Positions 36,644 through 46,695 of a stretch of 64,000 nucleotides of DNA are shown one piece after another. A model generated the notes under the pieces. That model worked only from the letters and a program-made list of their open reading frames with translations. It had not been told where the DNA came from and searched no databases. Location: positions 80,771-144,770 of the forward strand of contig JAFODP010000015.1 of assembly GCA_017380635.1 (NCBI GenBank), written 5' to 3'. This DNA is from Bacteroidales bacterium. GTDB lineage: Bacteria; Bacteroidota; Bacteroidia; Bacteroidales; UBA1402. Positions within the stretch are counted from its first letter, which is position 1. The number at the start of each line of letters is the position of its first letter. The position numbers and the translations under genes were made by a program.

Positions 36644-38428
36644 TTACTCTGGATCAATGGCTTTCAAGTCCCATTTAACCCAGTATTCGCCGTTCAGGAT
36701 GGCGGAGCGAACCTTTTCGTAGTAGGGCGTTCCTTTGTATTTGTCGGCAATGCGATCTACCACGAATTCGGCGCCGTAACGTTCGGCCATGCGGCAAACG
36801 TAAGCGTAAGAACGTCCTTCGCCGGCATATTCGGCCAAAGCTTCGTCCATGATGAGCAAGTCGTATTCTTTCATACGTTCTGCTTCGTTGAATTCTTGGC
36901 CTTTGCTATTGTAGAAGGGGCCGCTGCCATCAGAAGTCTTGTCTACGGGATTCAGTTTGCGAACAGGAAAATCGCGCAAGCTGCCATATACGCAAGAAGC
37001 TACACCGATGTCGCCATAACCGCCCGAAGGACAGAACCAGGTGCTGTATTTCGGACTCCAGTAAGTAGGCAAAATCTTGTCGGCAAATTCGTTGGTGACA
37101 CCTTCGTTCATAATCACTTCTGCCTGATGCCAGTTGCCCAGATGGTTTTCTGCTTCGGCCAAATAGAAATGGTAGTCGTGACCGCGGAACAAAGGAATAA
37201 CGGGATGGATTTCCACGATGCGGTTGCGCAGCCATTCGCCACGATGATAATAATACTTCACGAAAGCTGTATCGCCGTCGATAATGTCGATGTTGTTGCG
37301 CTGAACGATGCTTCGCAAGTCGGAACCATTGTATTTGCCGATGGCGAAATCGGAAGGACGCAAGTAATACTTACCGGGCGTGCGCGGACAGAAATACTCG
37401 ACGATGCGGTTGCGCTGGTTGTGTTCGTAATCGTACATGATGCCGGTCACCACCTGATAGAAATTGGTGAAGTTGCTGGCATTGTAGAGTTCGTTAAAGA
37501 AAGTACGATAATATTCGGTGGCATAGAGGTTGTCGGCACCGGTGCGGATAGGAATGTTGCAAGCAAAGCGCCAGTCGTCGTAGGCAACTTCCAAACCATC
37601 GTTGATGCTACCATTCTGCACCTTATACAAATAGCCGATTACTTCGTCTCTCACCCAAAGATAATCTTCGGGATTACCGCGCCACAAGAGCAATTCGCAG
37701 CGCAGCGAGAGCCATTCGGGAATCATGTATTGCCAACAGTCGTAGTCGGTGGTTACTTCGGCATCGTTCAGCCAAGAAGCCCAATCCATTTCCAATTTAG
37801 AGGAGATGGTCTGATCTTTGTAAAGCTTCAATCCATTGTCGAGCAGGTTCAAGCATTTTTCTACCAAACTGCGCATATCGGGGCAGTAGGTGAAGATTTC
37901 GCTATTGTTCAGGTCGATTTTTTCTTCCAGCGGATCGTCAAACCAAACGGCTTGTCCGTAGATGCTACCCAATTTCAGGTAAGCCCACACTTTCAAACGA
38001 ATCGTGCTGCTTATCAAAGCGTTGAAGTGCGTGATGGCATTGTTGTCCATTTCGTTTCCAACACTTTCACGGTATTGCTTCATTTTGTCGATAAAGTCGT
38101 TACAGGCGATAACCACGGCATAGTAAGGCGCCGGATCGGCGTAGCTGTTGCCATCGGTGGCTTCGTAGTGGTAAATTTTCTGCAAATCCAGCGGCGCATT
38201 GGATGTGGTCTGGAAATAGTCGCCACGCGTGTCGGTCAGAATGATGGAATGGTCGGCGGCCTCTTGCATGCGCGTCATGATGCCCAAGAAACCTTTGTAC
38301 ATTTCATCGTCTTGTCCGATGTAATCTTCACGATTGATGATATCGTCGGGATCGGTCAGAAACATGTCGCGGCACGAAGTGCAGAGCAGCAGACAGCTCA
38401 AAACCATCAATAATATTTTCTTATTCAT
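36644..38428 (-). CDS. SusD/RagB family lipoprotein
   Basis: Lipobox CTSC, directly follows a SusC gene. YYAVVIACNDFI and EALAEYAGEGR resemble the SusD terminal motif. Confidence 0.8.
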   Translation of the reverse strand: MNKKILLMVLSCLLLCTSCRDMFLTDPDDIINREDYIGQDDEMYKGFLGIMTRMQEAADHSIILTDTRGDYFQTTSNAPLDLQKIYHYEATDGNSYADPAPYYAVVIACNDFIDKMKQYRESVGNEMDNNAITHFNALISSTIRLKVWAYLKLGSIYGQAVWFDDPLEEKIDLNNSEIFTYCPDMRSLVEKCLNLLDNGLKLYKDQTISSKLEMDWASWLNDAEVTTDYDCWQYMIPEWLSLRCELLLWRGNPEDYLWVRDEVIGYLYKVQNGSINDGLEVAYDDWRFACNIPIRTGADNLYATEYYRTFFNELYNASNFTNFYQVVTGIMYDYEHNQRNRIVEYFCPRTPGKYYLRPSDFAIGKYNGSDLRSIVQRNNIDIIDGDTAFVKYYYHRGEWLRNRIVEIHPVIPLFRGHDYHFYLAEAENHLGNWHQAEVIMNEGVTNEFADKILPTYWSPKYSTWFCPSGGYGDIGVASCVYGSLRDFPVRKLNPVDKTSDGSGPFYNSKGQEFNEAERMKEYDLLIMDEALAEYAGEGRSYAYVCRMAERYGAEFVVDRIADKYKGTPYYEKVRSAILNGEYWVKWDLKAIDPE

Positions 38429-38446
38429 AATAGAGGTATGATTGGG

Positions 38447-41400
38447 TTAGAAGTTCAAGTTAAAACCTATCTTGATGCTACGCGGGTTGGGCACTTTGGC
38501 ATAGTCGATGCCGTAGAGGAAATCGTTGTAGCTGTAAGACAATTCCGGATCGTTGCCCAAATAATGGCTCCAGGTGAAAAGATTTTCTCCCGAGATCCAA
38601 ATGTTGCCGGAACGGATGAAATCGGCCTTGGGCATATCGATGGCATAATTCAGCGTAAGGCTTCCCAACTTGGCGTAAGTGGCGTCTTCCAACCAACGGT
38701 CGGAGAAGATATTGTTGCCATTGGGGTCGCCATAAACGGCGCGAGGCATTGAGGTCTGTTGGCCTTCCATTTGCCAGCGATTCAGCACGGCGGTAGATTG
38801 GTTGTGGAAATTTTCCATCGATTCCAACTGACGACGCACGGCGTTGTAGATTTTGCCGCCGATGCTGTAGTTCACTTGAGCCGACAAACTCAGCTTACCA
38901 AAACGCAGGGTGCTGAACACCGAACCGAAATAATCGGGACGCGAACTTCCCAGCAACACTTTGTCTTGTTCGTTGATGACATTGTCTTGATTGTGTGTAT
39001 TGACAAATTTTACGTCACCGGCTTGGTAGCGCGTGTTATACACCGATGTGAGTCCGGCCTGAGCGGCTTCTTCAGCGTTTTGATAAATGCCATCGGTCTT
39101 GTATCCGTAGAATTGATAAGGTTCCTGGCCCACTTTCATCTTCACGATGGCGTCTTCATTTTTGCTGATGCCGTTGAAAGTGATATCCATTTCGTCTTGT
39201 TCACCCAAATCTTTTACCACGCTCTTGTTGAAGGTGATGTTGCCGCCCAAAGTCCATCCGAAGTTTTTGCTTTCCACGATGGCCGTACGCAAATTGGCCG
39301 TAAAGCCCTTGGTGGTGATGGCTGCCGCGTTGGCAAAATAATTGTCGGAGGCGTAGATGCTTGAGATATCTTGCGGGATAATCAAGTCGTAAGCATCCTG
39401 CACGAAGCCTTCCAAGCCCACTTGCAGACGATGTCCGAACAAGCTGCTGTTCACGGCCAACTGATATTGATTCTGCTTTTCGGGTTCCAGCAAAGTGTTG
39501 GGAATATCGCTACGGATGATGGCACCCAAAGAGAAGAAATTGGCGCTATGATAATAATTCTTGGCATAGTTGCTCGAGAATCGGCTGTTGCCTGTTTTGG
39601 AAGCACTTACGCTCAGGTCGAGTTGGTTTACCCAAGCGGGCATCATCGCCATGTTTGCAGCCATGTAGGTTATTTTGGCAGCGGGGTAGAGATAATACAA
39701 AGGCGCCGAGTTGCCACTTACAGAACTACCGTCGAGGCTGGCAGTCAGATCCAGCGCAAGCAGACGTTTCCAGGTATATTGGGCTTGCAGATAATAGTTG
39801 GCCCACACCCATTCGTTGATGTAGCCGTCGGTGTATTCTTCGTCGGTGGTTTTGTCCAAAGTAGAGTAGTAGTCGTTGGCCGTGTTGTAACCGGTGGAAA
39901 TGTCGTACTCGTGCGAAGTGGTCATGATACGGGCACCCATGTTGGCCACCACTTCGTGTATGTCGTCGAAATTGTTGTGGTAGTTGGCATTGGCAGAGAA
40001 GTAGTTGTTGCGGCTTTCGGCAATGGCCATGCGTACCGTGTTGCGACCAATACCATAATACTGCGGATAAATGGCTTGGTTATCGACACCGGGAATGAAC
40101 AGGCTTTCTTCCACATAGCGATACTGGCGATTGTAGGTTCCGGTCAGTTTCAAGTGGTCGGTGGCCTGATAGTTGATACCCAGCAGCACGTTCACGTCGT
40201 AAATCTTGTCGTCGGCATGCAAGGTGTTCACAATGGCCGTCGGGTTGCTGACGTTTTCGTAGGGGAAAGTGGGTCGCTCGTTGACGTTGGCAAAGTTGTA
40301 GGTGGCGTAACGGCTTGTCAGGCTACCATCGGTGCCGGCGTGGAAAGGATTCAGAACGGGCATGTTGCTCCATGCAGCCAGCATAGGATTGGTTTCCTGG
40401 CTCATACCTTGTTCCTGCAATTTGCTGCGCATGTAAGACAAACCAACAGAGGTGAAGATATCCACCTTACGGCTCACCATGACATTCGAGTTCAGCAAGG
40501 TATGATAACGTTCGTTACTGGTGCCTTTGATGATACCGCCGTCGGACGAATAACCAACGCTCATGTTGTACTTGGCAATTTCGTCACCACCTTCTACGCG
40601 GAACACATTGTTGGTGGTGGGGGCATTGCGGTAAATTTCGTCTTGCCAGCGCGTGTCGTTGTTGAAAATGTAGGCCGTAGGATAATTGACGCCGTTCTGC
40701 AAGAAAGGATAATCGCTCAGCAACTGACCCATACGATCGTAGCGAGTCATACCGATTTCGCGCAAATAATTCTTGTATTCGTTGGCATCCAAACTTTCTA
40801 CTGTGCGGCCCACTTGCTTGACGCCATATTGTCCGGAGAAGGAGATACGCGTATCGAGGTTATCGCTGGTGGCCTGTTCGGTTTCGATAAGCAATACGCC
40901 GTTAGAACCCAACGATCCATAGGCTGCAGCGTCGGCGCCGGTAAGCAGGGTGATATTGCGGATATCGTCGATGTTCAGCGAACTGAAAAGGCTGCGGCTG
41001 TAGGCATTGATGGCCGAAGAAACTTCCTGATTCATCATGTAAGGCACACCATTCAATACAATCAGCGGCGTGTTTTCGGCATACATAGAGTGAATGCCGC
41101 CTGCATTCAGGTAAGCGCCTTCGCCGGGCATACCGCTCTTGCTCACCACTTGCAGGCCGGGAACGTTGCCCTTCAAAGCTTGATCTATGCTCATGGCTTG
41201 ACGCATGTCTTTCTTGTTGAGCGAAGATTCGGCGCTGTATTTTTCCCAACTTTCGGGAATCATCACGATAGTAATTTCCTTGCTGGCCTCATTCACGGGG
41301 ATTTCCACCGGATAATAACCATCGCAGGTGATGCTTACCAAAGCGTAGCCATCTTTCAATGACAAAGTAAAATAACCATTTTCATCGCTGATGGCGGCTT

Positions 41401-41542
41401 TTTCTGCCTTAGGAGAAACCACCATGGCACCCTTCAGAGCCTCTTTCTGCGTATTCACCAGACGAGCCTTGAATTCATAGCCTTGGGCCCAAGTGCTCAG
41501 GCAGACAGAGATGATAAGGATAAAGCTATATATCTTTTTCAT
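38447..41542 (-). CDS. SusC/RagA TonB-dependent transporter
   Basis: PGLQVVSKSGMPG, AAAYGSLGSNGVLLIET, GDVKF and C-terminal PRSIKIGFNLNF. Confidence 0.92.
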   Translation of the reverse strand: MKKIYSFILIISVCLSTWAQGYEFKARLVNTQKEALKGAMVVSPKAEKAAISDENGYFTLSLKDGYALVSITCDGYYPVEIPVNEASKEITIVMIPESWEKYSAESSLNKKDMRQAMSIDQALKGNVPGLQVVSKSGMPGEGAYLNAGGIHSMYAENTPLIVLNGVPYMMNQEVSSAINAYSRSLFSSLNIDDIRNITLLTGADAAAYGSLGSNGVLLIETEQATSDNLDTRISFSGQYGVKQVGRTVESLDANEYKNYLREIGMTRYDRMGQLLSDYPFLQNGVNYPTAYIFNNDTRWQDEIYRNAPTTNNVFRVEGGDEIAKYNMSVGYSSDGGIIKGTSNERYHTLLNSNVMVSRKVDIFTSVGLSYMRSKLQEQGMSQETNPMLAAWSNMPVLNPFHAGTDGSLTSRYATYNFANVNERPTFPYENVSNPTAIVNTLHADDKIYDVNVLLGINYQATDHLKLTGTYNRQYRYVEESLFIPGVDNQAIYPQYYGIGRNTVRMAIAESRNNYFSANANYHNNFDDIHEVVANMGARIMTTSHEYDISTGYNTANDYYSTLDKTTDEEYTDGYINEWVWANYYLQAQYTWKRLLALDLTASLDGSSVSGNSAPLYYLYPAAKITYMAANMAMMPAWVNQLDLSVSASKTGNSRFSSNYAKNYYHSANFFSLGAIIRSDIPNTLLEPEKQNQYQLAVNSSLFGHRLQVGLEGFVQDAYDLIIPQDISSIYASDNYFANAAAITTKGFTANLRTAIVESKNFGWTLGGNITFNKSVVKDLGEQDEMDITFNGISKNEDAIVKMKVGQEPYQFYGYKTDGIYQNAEEAAQAGLTSVYNTRYQAGDVKFVNTHNQDNVINEQDKVLLGSSRPDYFGSVFSTLRFGKLSLSAQVNYSIGGKIYNAVRRQLESMENFHNQSTAVLNRWQMEGQQTSMPRAVYGDPNGNNIFSDRWLEDATYAKLGSLTLNYAIDMPKADFIRSGNIWISGENLFTWSHYLGNDPELSYSYNDFLYGIDYAKVPNPRSIKIGFNLNF

Positions 41543-41543
41543 A

Positions 41544-43352
41544 TCAATAATTGTTTTTAGTAGGACGTAAGCACCAATGGTACATCATCAACTGTTTAAC
41601 ATTGGAGGTGTTGCGTTGTGCGTTGTAATCGTACAGACGGCTCATATCGTTGGAAGTGATGGTAATGGTGAAATTGCCTTCTTCCTTTACATTGACGATT
41701 CCCACCTGGAAACCATCGGTGTCGTAGGCTTGTGCCTTTTCGCTCAAAGACGACCAATCGTGCCAGTTGTAACCTTCGGGATAACCGATAGACGATTCTC
41801 CGTAATTGTCCACCACCGAAACCGAACCACGGTCGAAGTGATAGTTAGAGCCTTGTGCATACATCACCATGTCTTCAATCAGCATCGTGTCGTTGAACTG
41901 AATACTGAGTGAATATTCCAACGAGTGCTTGAATCCCATACGCAGATAATATTCACCGGCAGGAATGCAGCATTCCACAATCTGTTGGCCGCGCGGGTTG
42001 TTGGGCAAGTAAAGCAAACCATCGTAGGTGACGCTACAGGGCAGACTGTCGCGACGAGCCTCCTTGTCGGGAATGGCGGTGAGCACGTGGTAGTACATGG
42101 TGGGCAAAGTTTCGCTCAGCGTGAAAGAACCTTGTGCATCGTTGATAATCATCGGATCGATCCAGTGCGTCCAGCGGAAATATTTGTCGTGTTGTTCGGC
42201 TGTGCTGTTGTTCCACAGTTCGTAGAAACGGCTCTTCAGACGATAAATGATGACGTTGTTGGGCACCTTCATCCAATCGATGAAATAGAGCGTACCATTG
42301 TTGGCCTTCATCTTGTTGTCGGTGCGGACTTTCTGTACGCTGGGACGCCACATGGCTACATCGGCAGCGCTGAGCTTGTTGTTGTTTTCCGTGTCGCGCG
42401 TGAAGCCACCAACACAATCGATGTCTTTGTTTCCGCAAACTTCGGCTTCGCTCAATTCTCTATCGACAAAGCAAGCGCGTACCAACCAGTTTTCGTACTT
42501 GGCGCGGTCGGAAGCCGTGGCCTTTCTTCCTAACCAGCGAGGCACCTTGGCCAAAGCCGTATCGATAACAGCTTTAATCAGGTCGTTGGAAGGAACGAAT
42601 ACGGTGTTGTTGTAGGTTTCGCTACGCATGTTCCACATTTCTTGTCCTTCTTCGGTGTAACGGTCCATCAAGGTATTTTCGGTGACCCAACCTTTGATAG
42701 AGTCGCTGTAGATGGTATTACCCTGCGCATTAGTACCGATAGGCGTACATTTGTCAGGATCGAAGTAGGTGCGTTCGTGACGCTTGATGAGTTTTTTGAA
42801 TTCAGAGTAATTGTCGTCCAAAGCCATGATGGCATCGTAAACGGAAGGCAAAACAGAGAGCATTTTCTCTTCGATTACATAGAGATACGCATCGTCGGTC
42901 TTGATGATTTTGCTCACGGGGCAGCCGCCCAACAGGATTAATCCGTTTTCTGTTTCAACCCAAATGGTTTTTCCTTGCCAGGTGCTCAGGCCCATACCGT
43001 CCCACATGCTGCTGGGCGAACAGGCCACATCGCTGATACAGAAAGAAGCATAAGCCGTGTCGCCAGCCAAGCCGGAAGCGCTCAACAAGTTGTTGGGATA
43101 CACAATGATGCTGTAATCTTGTTCGGGATTCATCTGAGCCAGGATGCCGGCATTTCCGAGCATACGGTGCATTTCGCTATAATTGGCCTGCAGATAATCG
43201 GCCGCATTGCCTTTGTATATCAATACCTCGCCATCAACCTGCAGTTCTTGTGCCTGATAATGCTGATTCCAAGCATCTTGGCAACTACCCAGAACGAGGC
43301 AGGCAAGTATCAATAAGCTGATATATTTGATAGTTTTCATAATTGTATTCAT
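41544..43352 (-). CDS. Fasciclin-like surface lipoprotein
   Basis: Lipobox LGSC, TVFVPSND and ANNGTLYFID. Confidence 0.75.
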   Translation of the reverse strand: MNTIMKTIKYISLLILACLVLGSCQDAWNQHYQAQELQVDGEVLIYKGNAADYLQANYSEMHRMLGNAGILAQMNPEQDYSIIVYPNNLLSASGLAGDTAYASFCISDVACSPSSMWDGMGLSTWQGKTIWVETENGLILLGGCPVSKIIKTDDAYLYVIEEKMLSVLPSVYDAIMALDDNYSEFKKLIKRHERTYFDPDKCTPIGTNAQGNTIYSDSIKGWVTENTLMDRYTEEGQEMWNMRSETYNNTVFVPSNDLIKAVIDTALAKVPRWLGRKATASDRAKYENWLVRACFVDRELSEAEVCGNKDIDCVGGFTRDTENNNKLSAADVAMWRPSVQKVRTDNKMKANNGTLYFIDWMKVPNNVIIYRLKSRFYELWNNSTAEQHDKYFRWTHWIDPMIINDAQGSFTLSETLPTMYYHVLTAIPDKEARRDSLPCSVTYDGLLYLPNNPRGQQIVECCIPAGEYYLRMGFKHSLEYSLSIQFNDTMLIEDMVMYAQGSNYHFDRGSVSVVDNYGESSIGYPEGYNWHDWSSLSEKAQAYDTDGFQVGIVNVKEEGNFTITITSNDMSRLYDYNAQRNTSNVKQLMMYHWCLRPTKNNY

Positions 43353-45130
43353 TAATCAAGGATAGGAGTAAACTTGATATAGTCCCACAAATGGTTGTAG
43401 TTGGCGTAAGACGATGCATTCACATCCATGAAGGTGGCGCGCAAGGTGTGGCTATTGGTGCCTTCGAAAATCAAAGATTCGAAAATGCAGTCGCTCTTCA
43501 CCGTGTGGTCGTTTTTGTCCCAACCTTTCCACATATACACTTGTTTGCTGAAATCGTCCAAGTTGAACTTAACGGCACTACCGCCGCCATAAAACTTGGT
43601 GGCCAAAGGCTTGGCACCGGCGTAGAAGATTTCAACGCGATAACGTCCCTTTACCAAAGTCGGCGTCTTGAATTCGATGTAACCCGAATAACCCAAGTTG
43701 AGTGTCATCAGGTTGTTCATGTAGGCATTCAAGGTGTTTTCGTAAGGAAGCGTTTCGTCGGTGTTCATCTTGGTTTTGAGGAAGCCCACCGTCTGTTTCT
43801 TCGATTTGGGAGAAGTTTTCTTGTAGATGAACGAATTGGCCGTGCCGTATTCGCTGGTAGACGATAAATCGATTTGGTATTCGCCATTATCTACCGGCGA
43901 GCTGAAAAGATTACCCAAATTGTTCTTGGCCCCATAGGTATTGACGATAGAGATGATGTCGCTGCTGTTGCAGAAATCCCAGATCACCACCGTGGGCTCC
44001 GGACACCATACGGGCAATACGCTGCCGATACGATGAATGTAACCATTGCAAGCCGGAATGTTTGAACGAACGAAAGTGCAAGAATCTTCGCTGCCGCGGT
44101 TTATCACGCTGATGCCGTCCAAAGTCTGGATGGTGATGATTTCGTTGGCCAAACCGCTGTCCAATACTTTCTTGTCGCCTTCCACGGCGGTGAAAACCAA
44201 TTCTTCTTTGGTGTAGGCGCCCGAGAGAATATGATAATTGACATAACGGAACAGCACGTGAGAACTGTCGCTCATGGGAACATCTATCCTGCCGGCTTCG
44301 TCGGTGGCTTTCAGATAGTTGCAGAGCTCATCAAGATTGTTGATGCCTTGTGCGTTGTATTGCTCGTCGGTAACAGCCAAGATGGTGTAACGAATTTGGT
44401 TCACCGTGTACGAACCATCCAACTGAGGAATGGTATCGGCCGTTTTTTCCAACATGTCGCGCAAGCCGCTCTTTTGGATAGCTTCCACCAGAATCTTGTG
44501 TTCGCCGCTCAGCTCCAGTTTATCGACAACGCTTTCCACCAAAGGAATGATAACGCTACCCACTTTGTACACACGACCGTTCATCGTCTGATGATCCAGT
44601 TCCTTCACCTTCGATTGGTTGTTGATGTAGATGTTGAGCGTGTCTTCGTAACTGCTCTGAGCCAGCATGTCATCGTCCACGTCACGGTCGATAAAACCAT
44701 AGCTGAGGCTGAGGTAGTCGCCGAAAACGGTGGGCATGCTGATGCTGCCTTCGGTCAGATATTGGATGAACGACGCTTCGTTGATAGAACCCTCAATCAT
44801 GTGCGTTTGAATAATCTGACGCGCATACATCGAATCGAGTTCTTCGAAAGAAGTGATGTTTCTTTCTTGCATGAATGTTTCCATTGCCTCATTGTCGGGC
44901 GCCATCAGGGTGACGATGGTGCTGGCGTCGTTCAAGGCATTGTAATAGTCGGCGGCCTGCAGGAAGTCCAGGAACAGTGAATAATCTTCCATGTGTTTTT
45001 CCAAATAGGCGATGTTGGTGATTTTTGTGTCGTCACCATCGTCCAGTTCGAACATCTGTCCTAAGTAGGGATCCTTGCAAGCGGCTACGCTAAGGGCTAA
45101 AGCCAAAAGTGATAAAATATATTTTTTCAT
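43352..45130 (-). CDS. Fasciclin-domain (DUF5108-like) surface lipoprotein
   Basis: Lipobox VAAC, TLMAPDNEAM, NGRVYKV, YHIL and CNGYIHRI. Confidence 0.8.
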   Translation of the reverse strand: MKKYILSLLALALSVAACKDPYLGQMFELDDGDDTKITNIAYLEKHMEDYSLFLDFLQAADYYNALNDASTIVTLMAPDNEAMETFMQERNITSFEELDSMYARQIIQTHMIEGSINEASFIQYLTEGSISMPTVFGDYLSLSYGFIDRDVDDDMLAQSSYEDTLNIYINNQSKVKELDHQTMNGRVYKVGSVIIPLVESVVDKLELSGEHKILVEAIQKSGLRDMLEKTADTIPQLDGSYTVNQIRYTILAVTDEQYNAQGINNLDELCNYLKATDEAGRIDVPMSDSSHVLFRYVNYHILSGAYTKEELVFTAVEGDKKVLDSGLANEIITIQTLDGISVINRGSEDSCTFVRSNIPACNGYIHRIGSVLPVWCPEPTVVIWDFCNSSDIISIVNTYGAKNNLGNLFSSPVDNGEYQIDLSSTSEYGTANSFIYKKTSPKSKKQTVGFLKTKMNTDETLPYENTLNAYMNNLMTLNLGYSGYIEFKTPTLVKGRYRVEIFYAGAKPLATKFYGGGSAVKFNLDDFSKQVYMWKGWDKNDHTVKSDCIFESLIFEGTNSHTLRATFMDVNASSYANYNHLWDYIKFTPILD

Positions 45131-45145
45131 AGTGTCGCTACTTGA

Positions 45146-46681
45146 TTATTCGTAATAAGGATTCTGTGTCAATTTGGGGTTGTTTTCCAATTCGTCTTCC
45201 CAAACGGGCAAATACAGCGCGTTGTTGTCGGAAAGAACGGAACGCAACCAACTGGTGCTGGCGCTTTGATTGAATTCGAGCACGCGAGCCGTGATAAGGC
45301 TTTCCTTGTATTGGTAGTTGTGACGACGTCCCATGCGCAACATATCGTACCAGGCTTTTGCTTCGCCGGCCAATTCGGTGGCACGTTCGTTCAATACCAA
45401 GGTGAGCATATCGAGCTGGCTGGCAGTGGCAGGATCCAAATCTTCTTCTACCATGGGCAGGTTGGCGCGCAGACGCAACTTGTTGATTTCGGCAGCGGCT
45501 TCGGCATGACGACCTTGCATAATCAAGGCTTCAGCTTTCATAAGTACCACTTCGGCCACGCGGTAGAGAATAAAGTTGACATCGTAATGTTCGGAAGTTC
45601 TCTTTTCGGTAAGCACTTCGGAACCGATATATTTCCAACAATAACCGGTTTCGGCCGTTACATACGAACCACTGCAGTAGAATCCGCCATACATGCTACG
45701 CACCGCTTCTGTCATTTTCTGCTGGGTGTAAGTATATTCATCCACGAAAAGTTCGGTCATGCGACGGGTGTAGGAATATTGTCGCGAAGCATCCACGTCG
45801 CTGAACAAGACGGGCAAGTTGCAAAGCTGTTCTTCTTCCTCGCTCCATTGCAATTCGAGAATAGATTCGTTGCTGTTGCCGGGATTGAAGATAGAAAACC
45901 ATGCATTGTGCGTGGGTGAGGTCAGCAATTTGGGTGCGTGAGCCGAAGCAGACAAGAGAATGGAGTCGCAATATAGTTCGGCCTTCTGATAATCTTCGCT
46001 CCAGAGGCAGACATCGGCCATGAGCGCATACAAGGCCCACTTGGTGGCACGACCTTTGGTTTCCCATTTCTTGGCATAATATTCCTTGGCGGCACCCGAG
46101 TTCAAAGCTGTGGTAATATCGCTCTTAATCTGCATGATAACAGAATCTTCCGAGCTTTTAGCTACCAGATAGCTTTGGGCATCATCTTCGTAGGGATCCA
46201 ATACCAAAGGAACATCTTTCCAGTTGCGAACCAAGTAGAAATAACTGAGCGCGCGCAAGAAATAAGCTTCTGCCTTATGCGCATTCAACATGTTCTGGTC
46301 GTAAGTTTCGTCGTTTGCCAAGACTTTTTCGGCATTTTTCAGCACGCCGTTGGCCACGTTGATGACGGCATAGAAAGGTCCCCAGCTGGCAATGCTCTTT
46401 TCGGTTTCCTTCACGCGGAATTCCTGCAGAGAAGAACCGCGGCTCACGATTTGTCCGGCACGCAGTTCACCGTAAGGAATCAGGTTGGTGGTGACCATGT
46501 CGCGATAGTAGTAATAACAACCATTGAGCATGGCTTCCACTTCTTCTTTGTTTTCCCAATAGTAATCGCTTACCTGTTCGTTTTGGGGATAAACTTCCAA
46601 CCATTCGGTACATGACGACAAGCAAGCGCCACAACCCAAGCACAGAAGGAAGCTGTAAAATAATGTTTTAATCTTTTTCAT
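45146..46681 (-). CDS. SusD/RagB family lipoprotein
   Basis: Lipobox LSSC, AEAYFLRALSYFYLVR, YRVAEVVLMKAEA and ERATELAGE...WYDMLR...NPYY. Confidence 0.92.
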   Translation of the reverse strand: MKKIKTLFYSFLLCLGCGACLSSCTEWLEVYPQNEQVSDYYWENKEEVEAMLNGCYYYYRDMVTTNLIPYGELRAGQIVSRGSSLQEFRVKETEKSIASWGPFYAVINVANGVLKNAEKVLANDETYDQNMLNAHKAEAYFLRALSYFYLVRNWKDVPLVLDPYEDDAQSYLVAKSSEDSVIMQIKSDITTALNSGAAKEYYAKKWETKGRATKWALYALMADVCLWSEDYQKAELYCDSILLSASAHAPKLLTSPTHNAWFSIFNPGNSNESILELQWSEEEEQLCNLPVLFSDVDASRQYSYTRRMTELFVDEYTYTQQKMTEAVRSMYGGFYCSGSYVTAETGYCWKYIGSEVLTEKRTSEHYDVNFILYRVAEVVLMKAEALIMQGRHAEAAAEINKLRLRANLPMVEEDLDPATASQLDMLTLVLNERATELAGEAKAWYDMLRMGRRHNYQYKESLITARVLEFNQSASTSWLRSVLSDNNALYLPVWEDELENNPKLTQNPYYE

Positions 46682-46695
46682 AGTCATTCCTCCTT